From Lama glama (Eukaryota): 64,000 bases of DNA. The notes beneath the pieces are model-generated. The model made no database searches. It saw only the letters and a list, made by a program, of their open reading frames with translations, and was not told where the DNA came from. The position numbers were made by a program, and so were the translations under genes. Every line of letters starts with the position of its first letter. Positions within the stretch are counted from its first letter, which is position 1. The stretch covers positions 2,046,001 through 2,110,000 of the forward strand of contig CM052816.1 of the NCBI GenBank assembly GCA_028534125.1, read 5' to 3'. Below are positions 35,011 to 47,520 of this stretch, piece after piece.

Positions 35011-38000
35011 GCAGTTTAACAGTCCCTCGGCCCATACCCCTGTGATCTGTGCTCTTTCTCAGATCTTTCCCGGCTTGGGGAGCAGAGGGCACGGACCAGG
35101 CCCAGGCCCCAGTGAGTGAGAGAGGCTGCAGGTGTGTGTCCCTTAATGCCAACGTGCCGTCTCTGATGGGCTGGCACCAAAGGCAAGCTTCTTTGCATGG
35201 GAAAAAGTTCCTTTCCAATTACACAGCAGTTTTGTGGTGGCTGAGGGCTATAATGGGAATGCTTTTTGCAGCCAAAGCACTCTCATTCATAAATTCCACT
35301 GTGCCACTCTCTAATTTTTTTTCTCTTTTGGATAGATCAGTATTTTGTGGTTCTCCCTACCACAGCCATGCAAGCAAATGTGAGTAGTTAAATATTGTCA
35401 TGGCATGTAAGTCCCTGCAACAGATGGACATGACAGTGTCAATCATAAGCAATATTTGGTGCAGTAAATAAAAGTGGACTGACCCGATGTCAGTAGCTTT
35501 TAGGAAGCTATCTTTAAAATGAAGTACGGGAAGACACTGAAGATGGGAGCTGCTGTGTGTCTAGTTTATTTCTTAGGAAACAGATATTCTATCCTGGTAA
35601 AAGCCCTCTGTTCATCACACACAGATAAATACATATGCTGAATGTCAACCCCTTTGTGCAGGTGTGAATATTTTATTGTAAATTATGGAAATTTAGGCTG
35701 CCTGTTTTTGTTTTTCAGTATTTGCTACATCTGTTTTTGCAACTTGCGTTATTCCCGGGTTCCCTCCTTAGAAGTGACTGCAATGCAGAAACAAAATAAA
35801 AGTAAATATTGCTCAAGAATAAAAATAGATAAAATAACTACACAGAATCCACGTGTGACACGTACTATTTTAGTATTTATTTTTGAAATACCAGAGGTAT
35901 ATTCTCTTAAAGCCAGGATATCAGCCCCTTTGATGGTGGATCTAAAAGATTAATGCTTCATGAAAAACCCATTCCTCTGAGAATCCATACCCTTCGTTTG
36001 TGGGGGTGTGTTTATTGCCGAGACCATTAAAAAGTTACCATTTACCTTCGACCATGCGGTGTTTGCTCTGTTTTCACTGCAGTGAGTGATACTGCAATTA
36101 GATTCAGCTGAAGTATAATTTCATAATTGCTGTTAGCTGATTAAAGCGTCAAGGGTTGGTCAGACTCAGTTCAGATGACCAGGCACGCGTGTGAGGATGG
36201 GTACCCCACTGCGGTGCAGTGCACTTGCGGACCATAACTCTGCCAAGGGTTTGCCTCTGTATTTCCCTTTGAAAAAGATGACTGTTTCGCCGCAGATATG
36301 TCGCACAGAATCTGTTGCTAAACAGCTCCAATAAAATCTGTTTATTGGTGCCTCTTGTCTACATACAGCCACCTGTCTAAAAGCATAAATTCACATGCAC
36401 AGAGTGGTCTATTCTCCCCTGCATAAGTATATGTCACCCCCATCGGCATCAATGAAAGCTGTGTGCTTACCAGCAGCAGAATAGATTCATATGCTGTGAA
36501 AAGGTATGGAATTCTGATTTATGGCCTGTGTTGCTTTAATGGATATACCTGTAACGGCCACAGAGCTAAAAACTGTAAGGTGTTAAAATAAAACATTTTA
36601 CAGTGCAATGTATTGCCTGCTTGCTAGTTAAAAGCACTACCAGGGAACACATTTTAGCTAAATTTGGTGGTATTAAAAATACATGTGGAGTGTCTGCACT
36701 TTATTTTCTCCGCTCTTTCTCTCTGCATTTCTCCGAGCGTGCTTGCCCTGTCTGACTCACTGCCTGTGACCTCTAGGGCACTGAGGGTGGACATTCTGTG
36801 TGGCTTGAGACGAAACTAAAATGAAAGATGAAAGCAATTCTCAAAGATTTCAAGATAGGCTGCCGTCAACTCAACTTTAGAAGAAGGAAAAAAGAAACTA
36901 GTTTCTTGAGTCTCTGGTCATCTGGATCATAGACAGCCATTCTGGTGGCATCCTCAGTGGATGTAAAGTAGTTAGTGCTTTCAAACTCTTCATGCCAGGG
37001 CTCAAAAGCCTTTGCAGAATCATCTATTAAATATTTAAGTGTTTCCTCTTTCTGCCTCTCACTCAGCCACACAGAGAGTGGGAGAGGAGCATCTTCTAAG
37101 TCAGAAGGTACCAGTGTGCAGCCGTAGTCCCTTCAGTATGCGGGCAGGGGTCGGCTTTGCTTTGGTGGATTACCCTACAGCAAGCACCCCTCACCCATAG
37201 CCGAGGGATGCCTGGGTCAAGAATACAAACGCCGATGAAAGCGCCTGGTCCCATGTCTGTCTGTGTAGTAGTCTTCAATGGACGTGGTCTTTTGAAGACA
37301 TCCCCGGCACTTTAGAGAATGGTTAATACTATGTCTGAGCAGAAAACAATTTTAGGCAGAAAATGTAGGATTACCTCAAGCAAAGCTTTTGTTTTGTTTT
37401 GTCATCTTTAGAGGTACTTCCGGCCTAACCATATGAGCCAAGAACCAGTGGGCTTCATTCTTAGAGATGCTGGCTTGTATTCATTCAATAGTTTATGCTT
37501 TTTTACACGTTTAGTAAATTCTGCCCAATTCTTGATTTTAGGCGGGCATGAGTCAAATCCGAAGGGGGCATTTTGAGCTATTCCAAGAGCTCAGGGGAAG
37601 GAGTAACAGTATGAGCTGATTTCAGGTTTCATGGTAAAACCGCTTTTAATATTTCAATAATTCTTCTTCCAAAGTGGGGAAGCTTCAATAAGAAAGTTAT
37701 TTAATAGCTAAGTTACTTTAGCAACTGGCTTTTCTTAAAATCTGGAATAGTGCTAAAATAAGGTACAATGTAATATTTAAAATAAATGTACCCGAGACCT
37801 GTGAAAATCCTACTTCACAGCATTTGTAGGGCAATGTGATGCATGCAGAAGTATACAGTAGCTTATATAGTGGTTTTATTTTAACTAGTGCAGTATAACA
37901 ACCTGACATGCTGTGAAAAATAAATAACTTTTTGAAAATGCATTTTCCAAGTCTGAAAGTAATATTGAAGAACGACTGAAGTAATCACTTTTGTGTAGAT

Positions 38001-38384
38001 TCTGAAAGTGGAGGAGAGGGGAAGAATAATTTATGGTTTAATGCATAGAGTTATACAAAGGTATGAAAGATCTTCTCTTTTCTGGGACCAGGAAGAAGGT
38101 ACTGTACCATTTTGCAAAAAAAAAAAAACAAAAAACAAAAAAAACTCCCAAAAACCTCAGGGAACACGGCTGACTCCTGAGAGAGAGCTCTTACAGGAGT
38201 TGAGGCCAACTCCCCGGACTCTCTTGGTTTCGGTTTTGGGGTTAGCCGATAGAGTAAATGCATTTCTTTTTATTCCTTCATAGGAGAAAAAAAATTAAAA
38301 AGACTCCTTTGGCTGTTAAATTCCAATTTTCCAAAGGAAGGAAACATTCCATCTCAGGCTTCTCACACATTCCGATAAACAAAC

Positions 38385-38490
38385 CACTTTGAATCGCATA
38401 ATGTTTATGGAAAGGAAACAGCCTCTCCATTTTATGGATGGGGGTCCGGAGCAGAGGAGACTCGCCCAAGGTCATACAGCTAGCCAGCAT
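38385..38490 (-). mobile_element. MIR fragment
   Basis: ctccattttatggatggggg...gactcgcccaaggtcatacagctag. Confidence 0.65.
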
Positions 38491-40089
38491 CGGAACCTGT
38501 TAGCCCTCCTGCGAAGAGTGACTGCGGAGTGTCGGAGACTTTCACAGGCAAAGATTGAGGGGAGCGTTGAAAAGGGTTGCTAATAGTCTTGCTAATATAG
38601 TAGGTCAGGCAACCCCAAAGCAAACCAAGCATCGCTGGGTCATGGCCACTGCTGAGAAGTGGCCCTGAGGTGAGGTCCTTAGTCTCCCTCCCTTAGTCTC
38701 CATCCGCCCCTCCCAGGCCTCCTCAAATAAACACACATTCTAAGTAGAAACCGTGTTTGCCTGCTGTGGGGCTCAGCTTCTAGACGCGTGTTGGAGCTCC
38801 TTCACCCCACGCACCCCAACATAATCATGACTCAAACTCCTCTTCTGTTGCCGTTCTAGAGCTACTGCTTTGGGTTTTGTTTAAGTTGTTTTGACCCTGA
38901 GTCTTTGATCTCTCTCTTTGGTATGATTAGCCTGGTCCATGTTGATCGGAGAGTATGTACATAAAAATTTATTTTCATTGGCTCCACGTGTGTGAAATAT
39001 CCGGGCTGTTACGTAAGTGCTAAGTAGAGAAGGTGGCGGTGGGTGGGTTTCCCTCTGCTTTCCATGGCTTTTTGACTTTTCGTCATGAGGTTTGTAGGTC
39101 AAAGGAGGAGGAAGGGGAGCCTACCTTTCTATCTACCAAAAGGGATGGTGGCCGGGCATGGGCATGGGCCGAGGGAGAATGGACCCCTCAGGTAAAGAAA
39201 AGATCGTGAATCCTTAGGATATCAAGGGACAATGACAGATTGAGGGCAAAGTGAAAATCAAGGTACTCTTCTTTCAGTTTCCCTAAGAACTGTGAGAATT
39301 CCTTTGAAAATAGCCTTGGCAGCCAGCACCTCCCGTCACTCTGGCAATGCCCACAGCCTAGGTGAGGGCGTTTGTGTAGAAATAGTTCTACAGCAGCAAA
39401 TGGACATGGACCCCGGTCCTATTTTGCTGGAAGATCTAAGGGTGTCTGATGTGGCAGGTGGAAAGGTGACCGTGGTCACCATTGCTGCGGAAGCTTGGGG
39501 GATTCAAGAGTTGAGAGCGTGTGTTCCTTCATCAGGAGCAAGCTATCCAGAGGTGCTGGCCTGTCCCTGATGAGACAGTGGAGCAGCTGAAGCACAAGCC
39601 TGGAGTCCTTCTCTTCTGATCTCATACCCGCTTTCTGCAGCCTCTTTTCCTGCATCGTAAACCGCATCCCTCATTCTGCACACATGAGGCCAGTGCTCCT
39701 CACGGCCCAGGTCTCTTCTGACCAGGGCAAGACGCTATGAACAGGAAGAGATGGTTTCCTGCTGTCTGCCACTGGATGTGGAGTGGGGGGAGGAGCAGGA
39801 GAGCTTCTGTTTTAGATCTTTGGGGAGATCCACCCCAAGAACTGAATCTTTAATGGCGAAATTCAAAGCCCCCGAAAACCAAGTGAGAGATTTTAAGAAG
39901 TGGGTGGTTATCACGGTACTTTTGTGTGTATACGAAACTGGGAAGATCAACAGTTTGGAAGATACATTCTGATCCCCTACATCCTTCAGTCCCCCTGCTC
40001 ATGAAACGAGACTGAAAAATTGCCTCTTACCTACGTGTATAAAATACTTGGGTATCTGGTTAAATCATGTAGCCAGCATCAGTTATTGC

Positions 40090-40250
40090 ATGTAAGACTG
40101 TGATGGTTATCCTTACGGATAATGAGGGAAATTGAAGCTTAGAGAAGCTAGGTGGCTGGTACAAAGTCTGCAACTAGTTAGAAAAACTGGGATTAGAATC
40201 CAGCTAGTTGAATGTTAGAGTCTGTGTACTAAACCACTGTTCTGTAAAGC
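40090..40250 (-). mobile_element. MIR fragment
   Basis: atgagggaaattgaagcttagagaagcta...aaagtc...caactagtta...ctgggattagaatccag...tgtactaaaccactg. Confidence 0.65.
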
Positions 40251-43001
40251 CTCCTGCTTTCCCTCCTGTGATTTATAGCATCAACTTTCTGCTGATAACT
40301 TTACCTTGGGTATTGTTTAATACCCAGGGCTGCCAACTGGATTTGCAGACTTGAACTCTTGGCTTCTTTCTGGCATTTACTTTTTGCTGGTTTTGGTGGT
40401 TTTTACTGATGCTCCATACAGTGGAAGTAAAGCCAAGAAATTTGCGATGCTTTGGAAATTTTCCCTTTTTTTTTTTTTTTAATAAGTTTTCAGTTGTTGA
40501 TCGTTGGTGAGCCTTTGCATTTATCGCTCCCTTGATGAAACAGTGCCCCAAACTCAGCTGGCCTGGGTCTTCTGTCTGTCTGTCTGTCTCTCTCTGCTGG
40601 CTTCAGTGAGCCAGTAATATAATTAAGCGACAGAAATGGAGAATAGAAGGCTGCCAATTTGTTTTTGATTTCCTAGTGGGAAATATCCTCATTCTTTGAT
40701 GTTCTCTTAACTCTGTTTTCCAACGAGCTCCATGATGAGCCGGATCTTACTGAGCCGTCTTTGTCCATCCGGGGAAGATGGGGAGAGGGCCCCATCCTGT
40801 GTGGACCAGGCAGGTAGGAGCCACAGGGCGAGAGGATTCTGCGCTTTGCTCTTGGCTTTTGTTACCTGGAGCTCCATCGTGAGGCTCAGGCTGGACTGAA
40901 ATCCTATACTGAGGCCAAAAGTGAAAGGAAAACCAGGACAAAGAAATCTGCAGGGTGTGGGGCGGGCCTTGCTCAACAAGAGCAACGGAAAACAGCGACG
41001 ATGAAGTAGCTTGTAGCCGGCTGCCTAATGCGCGTAGAGCGTTGGCACAGGCAAGATGGAGTTAATTCAATAAAATAAATATAAAATACTCTCTCCTCTG
41101 TCAGGCCGTGCTGGAGGCGGGTCAGAGGTCAGTGAGCCGCTTCACTGGAACACTAATCGATTTGCTGTCAAGGTGGCCTGCTGGGGTTTCAAGCTGGAGA
41201 AGAATTGAGAGGCGCTCTGGCCCAATTTCCATAATTGCTCACTGCCTTTAGTGTACAACCTTTTATGAAACACAAAAAATATATCATGGAATTGTATTGA
41301 TTAGCCATTGGGCTGAATAATTCACTTAGTATTTATTACCTGACCCCAAGAGGTTAAATAAATCCACTATCTAACTTGGGTTTGTGAGAAATATTACTTA
41401 TTCATTGAAATGTGGGCTGATTATTGCACAATAGGCCTGTATCTTTGTTTCTTGATTTTGCAATCAAGGTTAACCCTTCTTGGGTTGGGGACCAACACGT
41501 TGGAATTTAAAAAAGCATTGTTTGAGTGCTCCCCAAAATAAGCCTAATAAAATCACTGCGGAATATCATTTGGAAGCAGTTTTTTAATCTTGAATTTGAG
41601 TCACGTGAGTCAAGTTTCAAAATGGCCCCAAACTTTGTGGATGGTGACTTGATACAGATATAAACCTGGTTTGCTTTGCAAGAACTGCATTTTATCATAG
41701 CAGGCTTAATAATGATGATGATCTCTAAGCCCGATTTTATTACACCGTTTTGGGAAGATAATCCTATTGTATATACTAAACACTCATAAATTAAGTGTCC
41801 CAGGAAACGAAGGGGTATTGAAAGTGGGTGGGTAGCAAGGCTCTTTTAGTCTTAAAGATGAATCAACCATGGGCAGATGACTGATATTCTTTCCCAAAAA
41901 GATGATTTCAAGTGACTTGAAAATATGATGGAATTTAATCTGTAGAGCATTTGATGAATTTTTAAACATTGAGGTAATCGTTATTTACAGAAACTTACGT
42001 ATTTCTTTTACTCTGACTGAACAGTCCATCCATTCTGATGCGCTGTACATCTCGGTCACAACCATGCGGCATCCAGCTCTAACTTGTTCTCAGTTGCCAT
42101 GAGCTCTCCAACTGTCAAGATTCAGTCATTCCTTGCCACAGCCCTCCCTCCAAAACAGACATTTTTAACTTTTGTGTAAAGTCTTTCTTCAGTTTCCTGT
42201 CTGCATTCTCCAGCATCTCAAAGCATTGTTTTTGAAGTTTAATGGAATTTGTTGTAGGTCAAGAAAAGGAAGCCACATGCAGCTTTTTTTTTTTTCCTCT
42301 CCCTTCAATGAAAGGGAAAGGAAAAAAAAAATCGTTTGGGTTCAGTGCTAACTTCATGTTTGTTGATCGTTTAACATTTCTGTATCCAGGATCTAACCTT
42401 CCGATTAAGGGTAGGAAAAGGCCCCGCTCTGGTGCTATACTCAGAATCTGCCTTTCCTGTGCTGTGGAGTGGAAGGAAGGGACGGCTGCCCCAGCGGGGT
42501 CCACATGGGCAGAGCTTCCTAAAGTCTGTTCAGGTGTGCCCCACTTCCCGTCTTCCATGTGGCTGCCCATGCGGACGTGGGCATTGCATTTAATTCCTTG
42601 CTCCATGTTAAAATTATTTGTTGATTACTACTTGGGGGATTTTTGCCTTCAAGTTTGGGTGTTTGGTCTCTAGATTTAGTTTTGGGGGCGAGGCGGATGT
42701 GGGAGGGTGGAGAGAGTAGGGAAGCAAAAGAGAGAGGGAATAGAATATTGAAATTTTTTTTTAAGTGACATTCTCCGTCTTGCTTTCCTTCCCCTCGCTT
42801 CCCTGTGTGTGGGGCTCAGTTAAATGGAGAACAGTTAACGAAATGACTTGAGAGCACTTGATAGCCTCTTGAGATAATTTGGTCGTAAGCACTGAACAGA
42901 ATGCATTCTCTGGATATACTCATTTCAAGGGCTAATCGTGAATGCTAAATTTTTAAGGAAGCCAATGTCATCATAGTGTTTGTAGCAATTCCAAAATAAA
43001 T

Positions 43002-43501
43002 NNNNNNNNNNNNNNNNNNNNNNNNNNNNNNNNNNNNNNNNNNNNNNNNNNNNNNNNNNNNNNNNNNNNNNNNNNNNNNNNNNNNNNNNNNNNNNNNNNN
43101 NNNNNNNNNNNNNNNNNNNNNNNNNNNNNNNNNNNNNNNNNNNNNNNNNNNNNNNNNNNNNNNNNNNNNNNNNNNNNNNNNNNNNNNNNNNNNNNNNNNN
43201 NNNNNNNNNNNNNNNNNNNNNNNNNNNNNNNNNNNNNNNNNNNNNNNNNNNNNNNNNNNNNNNNNNNNNNNNNNNNNNNNNNNNNNNNNNNNNNNNNNNN
43301 NNNNNNNNNNNNNNNNNNNNNNNNNNNNNNNNNNNNNNNNNNNNNNNNNNNNNNNNNNNNNNNNNNNNNNNNNNNNNNNNNNNNNNNNNNNNNNNNNNNN
43401 NNNNNNNNNNNNNNNNNNNNNNNNNNNNNNNNNNNNNNNNNNNNNNNNNNNNNNNNNNNNNNNNNNNNNNNNNNNNNNNNNNNNNNNNNNNNNNNNNNNN
43501 N
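43002..43501. other. Assembly gap (500 N)
   Basis: Directly visible. Confidence 1.
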
Positions 43502-44199
43502 GAGAAGTGGCCAAGATTTCCCAACTGTTCTATTTTTACGAATTTTAAAAGTTTCATCGCTGGGTCAGATTTAGGGCCTGTGTGGGAAACGGCGCTCTCT
43601 GCCAGCAGCACAGCAAGATTCCTGCTGTGTTGTGGTTTCCATGTATTTTTACATTCCATGCATTGCTGAGCTGTGTATGGAAGGGAGCTCTAAATCACCG
43701 GTGCTTTATGCAAGTTTGCAACCTTTTGATTTGGGCTTCAGAGTTAATGCATTATTTTCAAACGGGATTGTACACAAAGTGACTCTGCCCCAGATTAACG
43801 CCTCCTCCCCTTCTCCCGGCTCCACCCTTCACTTCCCCAGCTGAGGTCGAAGGTAAACTTTATATAGCACAGGAAACATTTGGGGCCGCTAATAAACAAA
43901 TGTTAGAAACGATGAGGCTTTAACTTTGGGATGCGTGCATGCATGCTTGCGCTTTAAAGGAAGCGCAAGCCTGGTTGCGATGGATGGGGAAGGCGAGGAA
44001 GGAGTTGCTGCTTCCCTCCCATGTAGATTTCTTAAGGACAGATAATGTGTCTTGGTGGACTCCAGGCGTGTTGGAGAGTTCTTCACAGAGTCCCTTCCCA
44101 GTGCACAATCCTGTCTATTCCTATAGCTCTGTCCCTTGTTCAGCCCCTGATCTCCTGGGCCCTACTCTCTTCCCACCCCACAGCGCCGTGTCCAGTCCA

Positions 44200-44630
44200 C
44201 CGTGCACACTATGGTGACTTCAGTCCCCATCGAGTCCAGGTCTGAACAGGACACTTCCGCTCACAAGAATTCACTGGAGCCTTCCTCCTCCCAAGTCAAG
44301 TCTAAGTTATTTGACCTGTGGGCTCAAACCACCTTTCAGCCTCATATTCCTCAAACATCTCCCAGGTGCCTCACGCACCTGGAGGCCAGGCATCTTCATT
44401 TTCCTAGACACAGCCAGCGCTTGCCGACCTTCGAGTCCTCACTTCCCTTCTCCCTTCTTCCTTTCCTACCTGGCTCTTCAGCCCTCCAGAAGGACTCTCT
44501 CCTGCCTCTCTTTACTGCTTTATTCACAGTCAGATTTTAATTTAAAAACAAACCTATTTATTCAACCAGTAGTTGTGGAGTGCCTCTTCTCTGCCAGCTC
44601 CTTTGCTTGATGCTGGGACACAGAGAATAA
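44200..44630. mobile_element. L2 fragments (plus-strand internal part, then a minus-strand 3' tail)
   Basis: Pyrimidine-rich L2-like text, then ttattcaaccagtagttgtggagtgcctcttctctgccag...gatgctgggacacagagaat. Confidence 0.45.
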
Positions 44631-44699
44631 TATTATAATAATAATGATAATAAAAAAGTAAAGAAAAAAATATTCCCCTCCCCATCAAGGTGATTTTTA

Positions 44700-45790
44700 A
44701 ACATTTTTTTCTTTCTTAAGTTATGGAAGTAATTTAATGACTGTACAGAAAAATTAGGATAGAAATGAAAAAGGAGTGATAAACCCCACGATCCAGCCAT
44801 ACTCACCACATTGCATTTTTAACTTGTGTGTATTTTTTAGAACGTTATGACGGCATAACTACAGGTTTGTAGTCTTTGTTTTAAATTCCAATTTATGTAT
44901 GTATCAATACCAGTTCATATATATGTATACAAATATAAAATAATTCTAGTATTTTTTATATACATAAATTTCCATATGACTGTATTGGCCATGTTTAATG
45001 AATAATAAGTTATTTTCCTATTTTTGAAAATTGAGTTTTTTCCTTTTATTATTATTATAAATAATGATGTACATTTTCATACTTACAGTTATTTTAAAAA
45101 TTTGGTTTATTTCCTTAAGATAGTAGTTTTTTTTTAAATTAGGTATCAAAAATTCCCTTTTTAAATAAACTCTGTTACATATTCAAGAGCCTGAATATAT
45201 AAAACAGACCTGTGCTGATCGTTACGAGGAAGTGTATCTAAAACCTTACCTCTTCTTCCCCTTTCAAAATCACCAGAGGCCTCGTGGCCCCTCTGCTGAA
45301 CCCTAGGCTTTGCAGGAAATGCTTTGAAAGTCTTATGATAAATCTCAGAAGAGGATTCACTTCTTCAGACATTATAAACATTTTCGTGGCTCTCAGTGCG
45401 TGATGTTGGACTGTCTCCCAACTCGAGTTCCCAGTGCTCAATTCTATTGATTATTTGTGAAAGTACCATTTCTCTAGATTTTTGTGAACATTCTGCATTA
45501 TCATTAAATTTGCTTTTTTACTAATTTAATGGATGAAAGTTGGACTTAACGTTGGTACACACTTCTCTTATTGCCGGTGTGGTTGGACATTTATTATTTA
45601 CATGTCCGTTTTTGTGACTTATTTATTTCCTTTTCACTGAGAATTTCTTTATTGGGATCTTAGTATTTTGATTTATCAGTTGAAATCTTTACATGATAAA
45701 GATAATAGCTAAAAATAATGCTTTGTACATATTTTAGGGTTATGAAACATGTGATTGATTTTTCCATTTTGTTTGCAAAATAAATACCAA
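44700..45790 (-). mobile_element. Ancient L1M-type fragments (AT-rich, interrupted)
   Basis: ttatggaagtaat...ttattttcctatt...attataaataatgatgt...ttatttccttaagat...cattaaatttgc...ctaatttaatggatgaaa...gttggacatt resembles old L1 3' sequence. Confidence 0.5.
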
Positions 45791-45949
45791 AGATTTCATT
45801 CTTATAAAACTCTGGCTGAGCCCCTTGAGGTAAAGGAGATTTTGTATTTTCCATAGTGACAGGCATCGAGTCCTTTATGTATTAGAGGTGCTGAAAATGA
45901 CAGTTAGATGGATAAAGTTACTGTCACAGCCGCTGACTGTTTAGTCCTT

Positions 45950-46390
45950 AGTCCTCAATATGTCCCTGCTTGTGCTCCGGTCTCCAGCCCTGCCACTGTC
46001 CCCACTGCCCTGGGCCACTTGTGCCAGGACGACTACCTCTTTCTTGCTTTTCAGCTGAAATGTCCCCTTCTCAGAGAACTCTTTCTTGTTCTCTTTTTCT
46101 CCCGCTTTCCTTTCCATCCTTCTGTTCAGCCATCCAACCATCCATCCATCTGGCCCTCCATTCATCCTGTAACAAATGCTTTTTGCATCCGCATGGTGCT
46201 TGGTGCGGTGGGTAGGGTAGCAAACCAAACAGGTGAGACCCCTGCTCTCACTGGAATATCTTGCTTCCTTGTTGGAATCATCCCCTCACTTCCCACTGTA
46301 GAATGAGAATTCCATGTGAACAGGTGCTCCTCGCTCACTGTTACATCCCAGACCTACATCAGGTAAATACGTATTTGCTGAATGAATACA
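45950..46390. mobile_element. Nested L2 fragments in both orientations
   Basis: tcagctgaaatgtccccttctcagaga (+); catccatcc...caaatgcttt...tggtgcttggtgcgg...cctgctctca (-); tagaatgagaattccatgtgaacagg...taaatacgtatttgctgaatgaat (+). Confidence 0.6.
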
Positions 46391-47054
46391 TGTTTCATCC
46401 CCTCCCCTGCCCCTAATACGATACCATTTCAGTTGCTTAGAAGTTCGAGCTGAGACATTCTTCGTCGAGCAGTCCATTTTAATTGATTTCTCTCTTTCTA
46501 CCTTGGCCACCAGATTCCTGGATAGAATGAAATTAAGGGGTGTCCTCCCTCTTCCCCGCCCCCATCTTCCTGTTTCCATCCTACCACCCACTAGGTCTGG
46601 CCCGAGGATGTGTTCCTCCTCTAGCGCATGAGCCCAGCTGCCATGAGTGTTAATGAGGACGATGCTGTCTCATCTAGAGCCTGCTGGGAACCTCTGAGCG
46701 CAGTCTACACGCTTAAAATAGAGACGCTTCGGCGAGTAGGAAGCAGTTGCACGGAGCCCCCACTTCAGCCTGCTTTTAATAGTAGAAACCCTGACTTGCC
46801 AAGTCCATGTCAGTTTTTCCCTTGCGAGCTTTATTTGGAAAAGGAATCGGCTGAAGTTCGTTCTTCCAAAAGAGAGTAAATGACAGGTCCATATGAGCTG
46901 GGGGAACCCTGGGCATGGCAAGCCAGGGTTTAAAATTCTTTGTGCAACTCAGGAGCTGCTGAAATCTACACCAGCTCCAGTGCTGGTCCGCCCTGCTGAA
47001 CTCCTGTCATGTGAGGGAGGGACATTAGAACTAGAGGGGCAGAAAGCCTTTGTT

Positions 47055-47520
47055 TTAACTCAGCACTTATCAAATGCCAGCTGCGTGCTAGGCTCACAGT
47101 GCTGAATAGTGGGAAAACGATTGTGATTGAGACACAGACGAGACCCTCACAGGCTAACATTTTGGGGCAGGGGCTAGCCATTGACTTTGGTGAATTGATG
47201 AGTCCCAAGCCTCTGCTGGAATCAGAATTCCTGGGAACAGACAACTGAGAATTTGCATTTTCAGCAAGCTCCCCTTAGATTCTTTTGCATGCTCGGGCTT
47301 GGAACACACAGGTCTGGTACTATAGGGGGGAATGACTGTAAAGATATATGAAGTGTTGAGTGTTAAGCAAGGAGAGGGCGTGTTAGGGCAGCCTAACCTG
47401 ATGCGGGAGTGAGCAGTGGTCTAGGAAGACTTCTTGAAGAAGAGATATTTCAGTGGTGACTTGGAGGAGCAGGGTTATCTGGGAGAGACTGGGGGCTAGC
47501 CTGGTTTAGGATATACTATA
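47055..47520 (-). mobile_element. L2 relic interrupted by a MER5-like element (~47195-47320)
   Basis: actcagcacttatcaaatgccagctgcgtgctaggc (L2 tail); gaatcagaattcctggg...gaatttgcattttcagcaagctcccc..gattct...ttggaacacacaggtct (MER5-like); tctaggaagacttcttgaagaagaga (L2). Confidence 0.6.

Noticed and set aside
37271..37299. Small hairpin gtcttcaa...ttgaagac
   Set aside because: An 8-bp stem is expected repeatedly by chance and is too short for a known ncRNA class.
42925..43659. 244-aa and 189-aa ORFs
   Set aside because: Artefacts of translating through the N gap.
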